Assembly: GCF_004010195.1 (NCBI RefSeq)
Contig: NC_057720.1
Location: 29,851,631-29,915,630 of the forward strand
Source: Chiloscyllium plagiosum
Taxonomy: Eukaryota
Direction: 5' to 3'
DNA: 64,000 bases
The position numbers were made by a program, and so were the translations under genes. Positions within the stretch are counted from its first letter, which is position 1; each line of letters starts with the position of its first letter. Shown in pieces: positions 25,561-38,236 of this stretch. Below the pieces are notes generated by a model, which was given only the letters and a program-made list of their open reading frames with translations, searched no databases and was not told the origin of the DNA.

Positions 25561-28500
25561 AACTATCTTCATTTAAACTAATTCAGTAATAAAAGAATGA
25601 GGGCAATGAATGAAAATCTTCTTAATAGAAACTCAATTTCATATATAATTGAAACCAGCACTACGGTTTATCGCTTTGCATATTGCATTCTGAGCCAGAA
25701 AGTATTAAGTGATACATTGGGCTCAAAAAAACACCTGGTGGAGAGTTCATGGAAATAATGGGTTTATTATTTCATAGAATCATAGAATCATATTTGCTCA
25801 TGTGCGCTTAATAATCCTCAGAACAAATTACATTTGCGGAGAAGCGTAAGTAAAACAGATCAGCCTACTGCCAATCTATGTTTCATTGGTTCAGCTTTTT
25901 TTTGGTTGGCAAATATAGAGAAACATGTAGGTAATAAGAATATTTTATGGTGCAATATGTTGATAACACATTGTTTGTTGCATGCTAGTGCCTATGCATG
26001 TGATCCACAACTTACGAACATCCAACTCAGAAATGCTTGTACTGATGAATGAGATACCATATTCCAATAATTTTAAGAATCTGACATGGGACCACTCGCA
26101 CATACTTCCAAACAGATTAATCTACTATATTGTGTTCAAACTTGTGTACGAATTGACTTACAAATATAGTCAGGAACAGAACCCTGAGACTGTCTGAAAT
26201 GGTTTGGTCCTTTTTGTTGGCGATATATGCATCTTCTACTATTTTCCATATTTATTGTTATATATAATAACTTACAAACATTGGAAATATATCCATTGAT
26301 AATAGTCGCCAATTTGCACTACTGTAAGTTTTCAAAATTTTGCTTTATACAACACTAAGAAACAGTCTCCTCAAACAGAATCAAAGTCTGTTCTGTCTCT
26401 AGGATGAAACAGAATAAGACCCACTCCACTGTGAATCTTATTTTTATATTTTCCAGAATTGAACCACCCTGGTTTCAGAATAACATTTGAAAAATAAAAC
26501 ATCTATTCTCAATCCCACAGCTGTCACATAAAGTCAGCATAAAATCAAAGAAAATGTGAGATGTACATGTGAATTTACATGCTTTCATTGTTTGAGTGCC
26601 AGCAAGATATTTATCGTTAGTAATGGCACTGTTATGGTACACATTGTTGAGCTATTCTACCTGACTGCATGATTTTCTGACAAGCAAAATTATTTGAGTG
26701 CAGAGCTTTGTTCAATAGTGTTCAAACAATGCTCAAATTTTAAAATTGATGGGACAAGCAGCACTTTGTGAACATTGACCTGTTTAAAAATAAAAGACAA
26801 ACATTCCAGCATTGTGATACTCCAACATAATCTAAGGTTGTCTCGCCAAGTTATTTCAGGTAACTTGTCAGAATGCAATCTTATTAATTTTATAATGCTG
26901 TACGGTTCACATTAATATAAGCTAAAAGTGCTATTTATAAATGTGAACTGTGGAAAAAAAAACTAACTTGAAGAAACATAACTAATTTATTAATTCATTT
27001 CACCTAATAACTCAATTTTAAGAGTGGTCTACTCAATAGGCTGGGAACTTGTTAAATGAAGTTTAGAAAAGCTTTTGCATGGTTGCAGTACACTGTTTGA
27101 ATCAAAATGTTTGAATACAGCATAACAGCTGCCAGTTTGACTGCTATTATTTGAGACCATGCACTATATTTCCTGAATGGGAAATCATAAATATGTATTT
27201 GCGGTTTTCCAATATGCAGTCTCAGCAGGAGAAGGTCTGTGCCACAAGTATTCATTCACAAAATGTGTACTTTTGTTTACAACCACATTGTTGTGTTGGA
27301 ATGATGTAACACTACAGCCCAATTTACGTATGGAGAAAAACAGCTAATCCACAGGAAACATTGAAATGGATTTTCTCTGATCATGACAGCTTTCTTTTTC
27401 TGCTCAATGGACAAGATAGTCAATGTTTTAAAATTAAACCTTTTTTTCATTTTGGCCACCCAACTGCAATACCATGTAATCCCAGCTTGGGTTTAACATG
27501 GTTGGTGGTCAATGAATCTCTCCTCAGCTTCAATAACCAGCAGCAACCCAAATTCTAGAACTGCACATTTGTAACCCTTCTATTTCCCATAATGGCATTT
27601 TTAAACCCCTTTAAGTAATATTGTCAACTTAGTTTCAATTTGTCCAAATTTGAATATTATTGCTGTGTGTCCACTCATTTGGAATAGGTGATTTTATTAT
27701 CTCCAGTATCTGTGGGGAAAAGTAATAATGTTAGAGGAGTGCAGTTAGCTTCAATATAATGTTAATAGCAATTTCTGCAGAATAATAGAAATAGAGTAAT
27801 TAAACACATAATACTATATCGCTTCTGCGTGATTCTTACTTTTAACAAATGACCTTAATTCAAATGTATATTTCTATGTGGTGCTACATCAGGCTCATAA
27901 ACACTTTGAAGTTTCACAGCAGTTTGTCTTTCTAAGGTGATACACATTTGACCAAATGGAACTTAAGTATGTTGTGTTTAAAAAATTTGCCATCAATAAT
28001 GTTGGAAATATTTTGATAGTCATTTCTACAGTTTATGTTTGTACTACAGATTTACAAAGTATTGCAAGGAATATAACATGAAGACATTTCACAAAGAAAC
28101 AGCAAGTGCACTACTTCCCCCTTCCCACTCTTCAAGTGTCTTAGAAACCTATTTAAACACACAATTTTTTTTACAAATGATTCAATGCCTTTTGCCAACA
28201 TTACAATGCACAATGTCAATATTGAATTGATTACCATTTCACCAGAAAATTAGTGTCTTCGGCCAGTTTTTTTTAATTGTTCCTTTTTGTTACATTATGA
28301 TTTTTTTAAAAAATGTATGTAGTTTTTGACAATGTTCAATAATTTTGATTAAATCAAAATACAGTAATAGTCTTTCAGAATTTAAACATTTTTAGATTAG
28401 AAAATAATTTTGTCATATTTCTTACATTTGTTGTGCTCAGGCTATTTAGTAAAATACAGAGAATAAATAGATTTCCAAAAACTGTATGTATTTACTTTAG

Positions 28501-29879
28501 CTACTGGTTTGAAATGGATTACTACAGAGCAGGTCTCGGCAGTAAACTTGTTTATATTACTCAGCTCGAGCTTACCTATTACTTTAAGTACCCTTTTTAG
28601 GAGAGAGCCCTGCAAATGCCTGAGTGCAACCACACCAGAGCTGTCTCCGAAATGTTAAACATTGAAATGCTTAGAGCATGGGGAAAGGGCAATACCACCT
28701 CTGTAAACATTTAAGTGAAGATTGACTAGGCTTACAAAGTGTCCATAGGGCACCACTGACCCACTGAGTACTTTGTAAACCAGGTTTGACACTGCACTGG
28801 ATTTACACTTCACACTGTGTCAAATTGTAAGCCATGTGACGCAGCTCCTCGAGGGAGTTTCACTCTGTTTTATGCAAGGGCAGGTCAGGTCCTCACACTA
28901 AATTCAAACTTCTAAATTTGTACTAATATAAACCTGAAATCCCTTCCATGTATGCTAAATTTATAATAAATGCTGCTTAAAATGGCATGCATGAAAATCC
29001 ACAGATGACTTACACAAACATACCGCACACTACACATGAACATATCTACCGATAAAACATTTTTCTTTCATGTAAGTCTGTTTGAAATTTGATTATTCGT
29101 CAATCACAACCTTTATATAATTAACTGTAATACATCATGAGTATCTTTTGACTACAGATTTAATTCAAAATCTTGTAAGAATAGGTGAATTCTGTGCCGG
29201 TGTGTGACAGTTCTAGTTCTCAATAGTGCTGGAATAATTGGAGACCTTCTTTACATCAACAGATGCAATTTAGCATTGATTGAGCAAAACCCTTAGTATA
29301 CGGCATTGTCTAAACATGCTAGGAGAGCCAGTTAACTCTTTACACAGAAGCATACAGTTAGCTCCAAATAACTAGCCACATGATCTAGGGATGAGTCTTC
29401 CTTTGGCTTTTCTCTTACATCAAAGTTAAGGGATGCTACTGCTGTGGAATGGAAACTTAACCCATTCCAGACACCAACTATCAGTGTCAAATATTTTCAA
29501 GTCAGCCATTGCACAAATTGTTTTCGGTAAAATCTCTCCCATCTACTCTGCGCTACCATTATATCACAGTTCTAAAGGACCACTCACACCAACTATCAGT
29601 ATTTTCCCTCCAAGTGAGAATGACAATTAATAGCAAATTAGGTGCAGTTTTGTAAACACTAGAAATGAGAGTGAAACTACTTTAATTTCTTTGCACATTA
29701 TGGCATCCAGCAAAGGTGAATTTTCAATCCTCAATCTCAGCTAGACTGTGGCCTTCTGTCCAATTCAATGTGCCACCCTGTTAAAATTATAAACGCAAAC
29801 ATTTATTTAACTCTAATACAAAAGTTATGTTGTACAAAGTAATCGAATACAAAATTCTGATCTAACCACAAAATAATTC

Positions 29880-30380
29880 TAAATATTTGGTGCAAGATAT
29901 AACTGTGGCCTCGGAGGGAGTGCAATATAGGTGTACAAGAATGATACCTGGATTTCAGGAGAGATGATACAAGTTAGACCTGTTTTCTCGAGAAATTGGA
30001 AGGATAAGGGGTTATTTTATCAAAATCTTTAAGATAGTAGCAGAAAAGGCAGAGTAGATAAATTATTTCCCTGGGTGAAGATTCTAGAACTAGGGGACAT
30101 AGTCTAAAAAAGAGGGCCAGACCGTATAGGAGAGATGTTAGGAAGCACTTCTACACACACGTGGTGATAGAGGTTTGGAAATCTCTTCTAAAAATGGCAG
30201 TTGATGCTAGATTAGTTGTTAATTTTAATTCTGAGATAGATAATTTTTGTTTAGCAAACGTATTAAGAGGTATGGGCCAAGGACAAGTATATGGAGTTAG
30301 GCCACATATCAACCATCTCACCATCTCATTGAAAGATGGAACATGCTCAAGGTGCTGAGTGGCCTATTCCTGTCCTATAT
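29880..30380 (+). mobile_element. Decayed CR1 3' fragment
   Basis: TCTAGAACTAGGGGACATAGTCTAAAA...AGGAAGCACTTCTACACAC...GTTTGGAAATCTCT, ending GTGGCCTATTCCTGTCC. Confidence 0.7.
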
Positions 30381-32269
30381 TCAATCCATTGACAGATCCT
30401 ATCCAGAGACCATTGCAAGATTCTGTATGTTAGTCAGATATTTTGTAAATATTTTGGTGGATTACATGTTTATGAAGCACATTGGGACATATCTAACTCA
30501 AGTTGATTACTGTTTGCAACATTCCTCTCTCTGATTTTTAATGACCAAGTGTATTTAGAGCATGTGCAGATCTAAATTAACCTGGGAATTAATGTAGCGA
30601 TTTAATAGGATCTTGTACATTTGTAAATTAAAATGTACAAGAATTGTTTACAGTGACTCAACTAAGGAATTTCAAACTTGGAACCTGATTATTCCTGTTG
30701 GATAATTGTATAGTATTCTAGCAATTAACATTCCAATGGTATCTTCAAATATTATGTTAAGGTAATTCTAGATTTGATTGTGTTGGAGAGTTGTATACCT
30801 GTAAATTCTGATACTGTTTTACAGACTTAAGAAACAGAAGGGGAACGAAGACCCAGTGTTCAGAATGCAACAAAGGTTAAAGATAAAGAAAAAGTTGGTG
30901 ATAAATTATATACTAAATTTAAGTTTGGAATATTATTTGGGGGCAAAGTGTTACAGGACATAGGGTGTTCTACAAATTTGAATGAAAAATGAATTCAGGT
31001 ACAAAATTGTGGCAGGAGTCATGATTTCAAATGAGTGAGACTAGGTAGAAGGAATATAGGTTTGATGGGTGTACTTACAGCTTAGAAGGAACAAAAAGTT
31101 CAGAGGAGCACTGCCTACAGTAATATCAATGAAATAATTGTCTTGTTATATATTGCAATAGTATGTTGTGATATGTTGGCTGCACATTGGAATGTAGTAC
31201 TGAACTATTTGCGTAGTAAAGTTGTACTTCAGGATTCACTTTATGGTCTTGCATAATAATTTATATGGATGCTGTGCAATTCTGAGTTTTTGCTTCATGT
31301 TTTGATGTGGTATAACACAACATTAGAGTTATTATCTAATATTAGAATGCGTTGGAACACATACTTTCAGTATGGTGAAATGTAGTTTTGTTTCATTTTT
31401 ACATTATCATGAGTTCAGTTCTATTTGGTACTTTCTGTTATTTTCTGTACTAGTGGAACAGAACATTGGATGCTGTGGAGTTTTATGTTTGAATATTTTG
31501 TTTCAATATTTTATAGTTATAGATTTAATATTATGTATAAAATTATTTCTGTTGAAATACCAGGAATGTATTCTTTCAATGTCATGGAGTCTCGTGATCG
31601 AATTTTCATAATTGTTGAAATATAGAAACAACACACACATGGATTAGATGAGGCATTTGACATAGTCCCTCCCTCTGATCCATTTCTAGTCAAAATGGAC
31701 TGCAAAATTAACACTAATGTAAACGTGTATTGAAATGTGGGAACAAAGTATTGAAATTTTAAACAACCTGTTCAGATATGTTATGATACACCTCTGGAGC
31801 ATGTATGACCTGAACCTATATATCTTGGGTACTGTAATTCTTACTGCTTAGCCAACTGGTCACTACTGGTATTAATGTCATACATGCCTCTTGCCACTAT
31901 TCATTTAATCCAAAATTTGTAATACTATACTTTTATTCTGGTGTCTTTTATTCAGTTTCCAAAACTATATTTCAATTGCATTAAATTTTAAACTTAATCA
32001 ATTTGGTTAGAAGTGATCAATCAGCCTTGATCATTTAAAAGTGAGGATGTTTTCAGGAGTTGTTTTAGAAATATTCATAGCAAAATGGGGAGGGAGGGAA
32101 GGTGAGGAAAAGAATATAATGGACTAAAAGTCTCTTGAAATCGTTTCACCTCTTCATTTTGGTGCTATAGAATCTAATTGTGGAATAATTCAGCTAGAAT
32201 ACTATTGAATAAGTTGGAAGAAGCCCTTATCTGATTTGACTAAAGTAAGACCCTTTGGAGAATCACATA

Positions 32270-32830
32270 GGAGCAAAATACTGCTCAGTTTGGATACCTG
32301 AAATAAAACAGAAAATGCTGGAAAAACTCAGCAGATCTTGCAGGATCTGAGGAGGCAGAGAGACAAAGTTAACATTTTGAGTTGAATGACCCTTCATTGG
32401 AAGAATAAAACGTTATTCTTTCTTCCTGAGACTAAAAGGAGAGTACGTCTGATATAGACAAACTTATTATATATAGTTGCCTGATATTGTAACAAAATGG
32501 GCACATATAAATGCTATGTGTGTAAATGTATATATGAATATCAGGTTAAGGCTAGTGATTGTTTAGCTGATTTTCAGAACACAATTATCGTCAATATCAT
32601 TCCATCTATTTAGGATGATGAACAAACTGCAAATTAAATCTGCTAGGGATCAGGTTGCTTCCTATGGTTAATTTTGCTGATGGTTAAAAAGATAAATCAA
32701 TGAGAGGCAAATTCTACCCCAAGCCCATTTTCTGAAGGGTAATTGTACTCGAAAGATTAACTTTGTCTCTGTCCTCATAGATACCTCAGGCCTGCTGAGT
32801 TTCATTATCACCCTATGTTTTTACTCTTTG
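32270..32830. mobile_element. Old palindromic PLE-derived element split by about 320 bp of inserted sequence
   Basis: The left arm is at about 32270-32400 (AAACAGAAAATGCTGGAAAAACTCAGCAG...GAGACAAAGTTAAC...GACCCTTC). The right arm is at about 32730-32830 (CTGAAGGGT...CTCGAAAGATTAACTTTGTCTCTG...CCTGCTGAGTTT). Confidence 0.6.
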
Positions 32831-33428
32831 GAGACTCCTATATGGAAATCTATCTCATCAGGCAGCTTCCAATTTATCAGAATTTTATCCTATATGCATT
32901 GTTGTAAAATTAGGCTGCTAAGACACAAATGCAAAGAGGAATAAACAATTTGAGTAAGTGGCTGTGAAAACATCTAGGCCATTCTCTGAAGTTCTCTTGG
33001 ATTACCACAAGGTAAAATGATAACATTTCAAACGGGTAAAATCCAGGCAACAGCTGCCAAATGGGGATTGCATGTGTGCACTTGTAATCCAATAAAGGAA
33101 AAAGATGCCAAAAACAATAAAACAACATTCTCTCTTCCTGAGACAAGCAGGAGAATACATCTTATATAAACATACTGACCATATATGATTGTCTGTCATT
33201 GCAACAATATAGGTGCACATATTTACAGATATGCACACACACAAACACACACATATATATCAGGTTTTTAATCTATTAACTGGTGGGTTGATTTTCTGAG
33301 GTATTGCCAGTATCCTTCCATCTATTTAAGATGATGAATATGCTGCAAATTAGGAATAGTGTAACTTCCTATGATGCAATTTTGCTGACAACTGAAAAAA
33401 ACAATCTGTGAGTCGCAAATTCTACCCT
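32404..33428 (+). repeat. Diverged direct duplication of about 315 bp (32404 to about 32720, and 33116 to about 33428)
   Basis: Colinear shared blocks are AATAAAAC..TCTTCCTGAGAC..AGGAGA, ATATCAGGTT, TCCATCTATTTAxGATGATGAA..CTGCAAATTA, CTTCCTATG..AATTTTGCTGA and GCAAATTCTACCC. Confidence 0.8.
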
Positions 33429-33799
33429 GTGCATTGCATCTGATGTGGTAGGAAGTCAATTCAAGAACCATTCACTCTAACCTTTTGGATTTGTATTCAA
33501 AATCTATTTTTAAATAGGCCTGTATCATGTATTGCAATGTGTGTCCATACAGTGTCTCCAGTGCCAAATCTGACCTTACCTCTGCTCCCATCTCAAAGCA
33601 GAAATGTTTTTGCCAGAAGCCTATTACCCAACATTGAAAATAAGCTCCAATAAAATATATGGTGTTCACAGTAGTTATCATAGGTCTTGATGAGAAGTTT
33701 ATGATTTGAAGAAGTAGAATTGCCCAAATCAGGCAGCACAAGAACATCTGAAAGGAAATGGACCATCCCCAGAAACAGCCTGAGGAATCTGAGAAGAGA

Positions 33800-34572
33800 A
33801 GAACTAGCCATTTGGATACAGAACTGGCTCAAAGGTAGAAGACTGAGGGTGGCGGTGGAAGGTTGTTTTTCAGACTGGAGGCCTGTGACCAGTGGAGTGT
33901 CACAAGGATCGGTTCATAGCTCCTTGAAAGTGGAGTCACAGGTAAATAGGATAGTGAAGAAGGCGTTTGGTATGCTTTCTTTTATTGGTCAGAGTATTGA
34001 GTACAGGAGTTGGGAGGTCATGTTGCGGCTGTACAGGACATTGGTTTGGCCACTGTTGGAATATTGCATGCAATTCTGGTATCCTTCCTATCGGAAAGAT
34101 GTTGTGAAACTTGAAAGGGTTCAGAAAAGATTTCCAAAGATGTTGCCAGGGTTGGAAGATCTGAGCTATAGGGAGAGACTGAACAGGCTGGGGCTGTTTT
34201 CCCTGGAGCGTCGAAGCCTGAGGGGTGATCGTATAGAGGTTTACAAAATTATGAGGGGCATGGATAGGGTAAATAGGCAAAGTCTTTTCCCTGGGGTCAG
34301 GGTGTCCAGAACTAGAGGCAGACCTAAGGGGCAACTTTTTCGCACAGTGGATGGTACGTGTATGGAATGAGCTGCCAGAATAAGTGGTGGAGGCTGGTAC
34401 AATTGCAACATTTTTAGAGGCATTTGGATGGGTATCTGGATAGGAAGGGTTTGGAGAGATATGGGCCGGGTGCTGGTAGATGGGTCTAGATTGGGTTGGG
34501 GTATCTGGTCATGGACGGGTTGGACCGAAGGGTCTGTTTCCATGCTGTACATCTCTATGACTCTATGACTCT
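33800..34572 (+). mobile_element. CR1 LINE 3' fragment with internal deletions
   Basis: It encodes WIQNWLKGRRLRVAVEGCFSDWRPVTSGVSQGS, jumps to VHSSLKVESQV...LEYCMQFW...RGDRIEVYKIM, and ends in a CTCTATGACTCTATGACTCT tail. Same family as 62140-62858. Confidence 0.92.
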
Positions 34573-35274
34573 AAGAGTAATTGATCATCTCAGCAAATTG
34601 CTTCCTCCAATTCCATTCCAATTAAATGTCTTAAATTGACTTATTCATCCTAGTATCAGCTGCTTCTGTTTTGACTTGTGAATGTCTATATTCAAACAAC
34701 ATTACATCAGAGGTAAACATTCTAATTAGTGATGAAAACAGGAATTTTCAAATCCTTCTCAATGTTATTCAACCAAGATTACAAAGTGTTAGAATATAGT
34801 TATTACATGCAGCAGGACAAATCAAAGCCAGAATTCCGGTTAAACTCAAACGTCTTGTCTTAGATGAAGTTATTCTGTGTACACCATTAACATTCTGATC
34901 AATATGCTGTAAAGCTAAGATCTCTACACACTTGAACAGCTTGTAACCCCATCTGTCACAGCCTAGCCATTTAACTTAAAGAATATGTAATACCTATTGT
35001 TTCACTAACTAAGTATATTAATCCTCGACCACCTTGAAAAATAGAATGATTTCTATTCACATAGTGCCTTTCATGATCTCAGGATATTGCAAAGAGCTTT
35101 ACTGTCATTGAAATGCTTTTACAGCTAGTCATCTCAGATGGTTAGAATGTGGTGCTTAAGTCAGTTACGTCAGCTGAAGTAATTTGTGGAGCTGCTTATT
35201 CTACTTGTCTTTTATGATATTGTGGAGCATCAAAAGATTGCTACGAATGAAGATGTGTGGACAGCCATTTTCTT

Positions 35275-35643
35275 TTACATTCATTCATGCGTTGCACTGT
35301 CATTGGCTGAACCAGCATTCATTGCCTTTGATCTGAATGGTTCATTAGTTAATTTAGAAGGCAGTTAAGAGTCAAACACATTGCCAAGAGTCTGGAGTCA
35401 TATGAAGGCCAGACCAGGTAAGGATGGCAGACGTACCTCCCTTAAGGACATTTGTAAACTAGGTGGGATTTTACCATCAACAGTAGTTACATAGTTTCCA
35501 TTCATTTAGCTGTTAATTCCAGACTTCATTGAAATTAATTTTCACTATTTTTCAAGATGAGATTGGAACCATGTCCCCAGAACATTATGCCAGGTTTCTG
35601 GATTACTAATCCAGTTAGCATCACTCCTACTGCACCACCTCCC
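35275..35643 (-). mobile_element. tRNA-derived SINE, older shark family (possibly SacSINE1-like)
   Basis: The minus strand starts GGGAGGTGGTGCAGTAGG with a B-box-like GGTTCCAATCTC. The body (GGCAGTTAAGAGTCAA...GGCCAGACCAGGTAAGG) recurs at 25250-25560 and 23245-23580. Confidence 0.7.
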
Positions 35644-38104
35644 TGTACCTTTGCACCTCCTCAACTTTCGTATAATTATGGATGCTGCAAAAAAAGAGAG
35701 GACTGCTTTTAAAGTAATTGAAATAATGATAGTACAGTAAAGAATCTTCTAGCACGAATGCCAATGTGCCTCAAGGTGTGGAACATGCTTTCAGTTGACT
35801 TTGTAATGATAGTACCAAAATAGAGCAAACTTGAATAAAGACTTACCTTAAAATTAAAACAATGTACATGCTGTTAGAAATTAATGATGTCAAACCCAGA
35901 GGTGAAAATCCTTATATAACAGTAAAATGGGACGAAGTCTCATTTTCTCCATTATTTATGAGTCACTAATGCAATCAAAACTGTTCAATTAATGTACTTA
36001 GGAAATCTTAATAAAATAAAACTGATCAACTGATCAATGGAAATAATATATATTTTTTACAATGTTTTAAGGAGATACAAATTCATCTTCCCATAATTTA
36101 GTCTCAAAAAACAGAGCGGAATTGTAAGTTATCAGAGTGTCTTTCTCATTTATTATAACATCTAAACTCCTAAATTAAACTATTGTTTATGATACATACA
36201 GATACATGATTAAACCCATCTGATCAACTCATATTGATTACATTACAGCCAGTAATTGTTCTGTGTGGATGCCCTCATAAATAATTTAGGTGGGCACATT
36301 AACACCAACTAACATGATCCTGACCGCTTTTCATTGAAAAGTAAATTAAAAATAAATAATTAAAACAATTCACATAACCAGCAATACCAAAAATGAAAGA
36401 TAGGGTGCAATAGTGTCAAAGCACTAATATTTATCGTTATGTATAACACCAGTTAAGTATCTTCATCTGATTATTATCATGTAATCAATTGTAAGTACTC
36501 ATTATTCTCTTAATAATGATACTTAAGCTTCAAAATTACATCACAGCCTTAGAATCTTTGCTGTTATTTATTATTTTAATAATAAAACATATAAAGCTCC
36601 TCAATTAGATTGCAGACACAATCATTCCCATGTGTCCATTATTTTATATATAAATCACCTCAGTCCTTAAGTTATTGCTTGTTGCTTGTCCACAGGGATG
36701 TATTGCTGTGAATTTATTTTATATAAGATTGGTTAAATCAGACATCGGACTTCTTCCTATGACTAAAATTCACTAACAAGTCTTATAATTCGTGTGTTGG
36801 GTTCAAAGCTGAATCGCAAGGAAACCGATTTTACTTCTTTAAATATTATCTTATTCAGGAATGCTACAAACTCTTGAATGCCTGGATATAACTTGACCTT
36901 TTAAGCCTTGAAAAATCTCTGCATGGGCATGGGTGGTCACCATTTTTGTCATTCGTCACATAAAGTATTTTCTGTGTGGGCATGTCTTAAATGCCTTCGC
37001 ATCTTTGCAACATAAGCTATATGACCAGCTAGATTCCTTACAACCAGTTAAAAGGTGCTGCTCTGTCAATCATACTTTTTTGGGTTGAGAAATTAAGCCT
37101 GACACTAATGTGAGCATAACATGCTGAGGCGCAATTATGGGCATCAATCTGTATGCAAAAGCATAACATTTAGGGACAAGTAAACAAAATCATTTTATAT
37201 ACTGGGATGATTGGTGTAATCTATGATAATATCAAAAATTACAGAATGGATTTGTCCACTGGGATAGTAAGAAATAGACAATCTTTAATGCATTGAAATG
37301 CAATTTGGAAATGGATGAGAGATGAACCAATCCCTGAAATTCCACAAAATAGCTGCAAATTAAACTGACATTGTTGCAATACTTTCACCAGATTGTTTAC
37401 AGATATTCAAAATGTCCTACTTTCTGTGTAACTATACACAAGAAACATGTGAAAATGCTCCAAAATAGAAATTAATGGGAAATTATTTCTCCAGTGAACT
37501 TCTATTAAATTGAAAGTAATAGAAGGTGTTCCATTTGACCATTTTGAAAGAGTTGGGATTGATAAGGACAGGGGGTCATTTGTAGTCAATGGTACTGCAA
37601 TCAAAAATTCATGTTTTCTTTTGATAAAGCAGAGAAAACAATTCATATTTGAAATACCAAGAGCGACTTCTTTTAGAAAATAAAGTTAAAAAATTAATTT
37701 GGAAAATTGTTCAATAGCTGCAATATATGAAAAATCTTCCAACTTCCTGCACTTGCTGTTTAAACGTTACTCCCGCTGTCAATTCATTTTTATCAGACTT
37801 CAGCTTTAACTTGTTTATTTCAATGCCCACATTTTTAATGAAAACTGACGAGGTAAATTTGTCATGCAGTGATTATATCCTCCCTCCAGTGGTGATGCTG
37901 CAATGCTTCAGTATTACATTTTTCAATGTCTTAGCTATACAGAGTAGAAACTCTTCAACCAATATCGTTACTCTGCTTCCTAATTATCTCCACATCTTAT
38001 TATTTAACCACAAATAATAATAGCTTAGATACACTACTTAATTTTGATTCTCCGTGTACAGCACCCTAGATAGACAAGGATTTACGTAGAGATGGGCAGA
38101 CACT

Positions 38105-38236
38105 TATTCCTGATGAAGGACTTTTGCCCGAAACGTCGATTTTGCCTGTCCTCGGATGCTGCCTGAATTGCTGTGCTCTTCCAGCACCACTGATCCAGAA
38201 TCTGGTTTCCAGCATCTGCAGTCATTGTTTTTACCA
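38105..38236 (+). mobile_element. Solo PLE terminal fragment (hammerhead plus tail)
   Basis: It is similar to 56891-56975 and 20490-20576, and ends TGGTTTCCAGCATCTGCAGTCATTGTTTTTACC. Confidence 0.75.
38106..38141 (+). ncRNA. Minimal hammerhead ribozyme motif with one stem II mismatch
   Basis: CTGATGA(38110-38116)-A-GGAC-TTTT-GCCC-GAAA(38130-38133)-CGTCGAT. Confidence 0.65.

Noticed and set aside
33720..34370. 216-aa ORF, the longest in the track
   Set aside because: It is a deleted CR1 ORF2 fragment, not a host gene.
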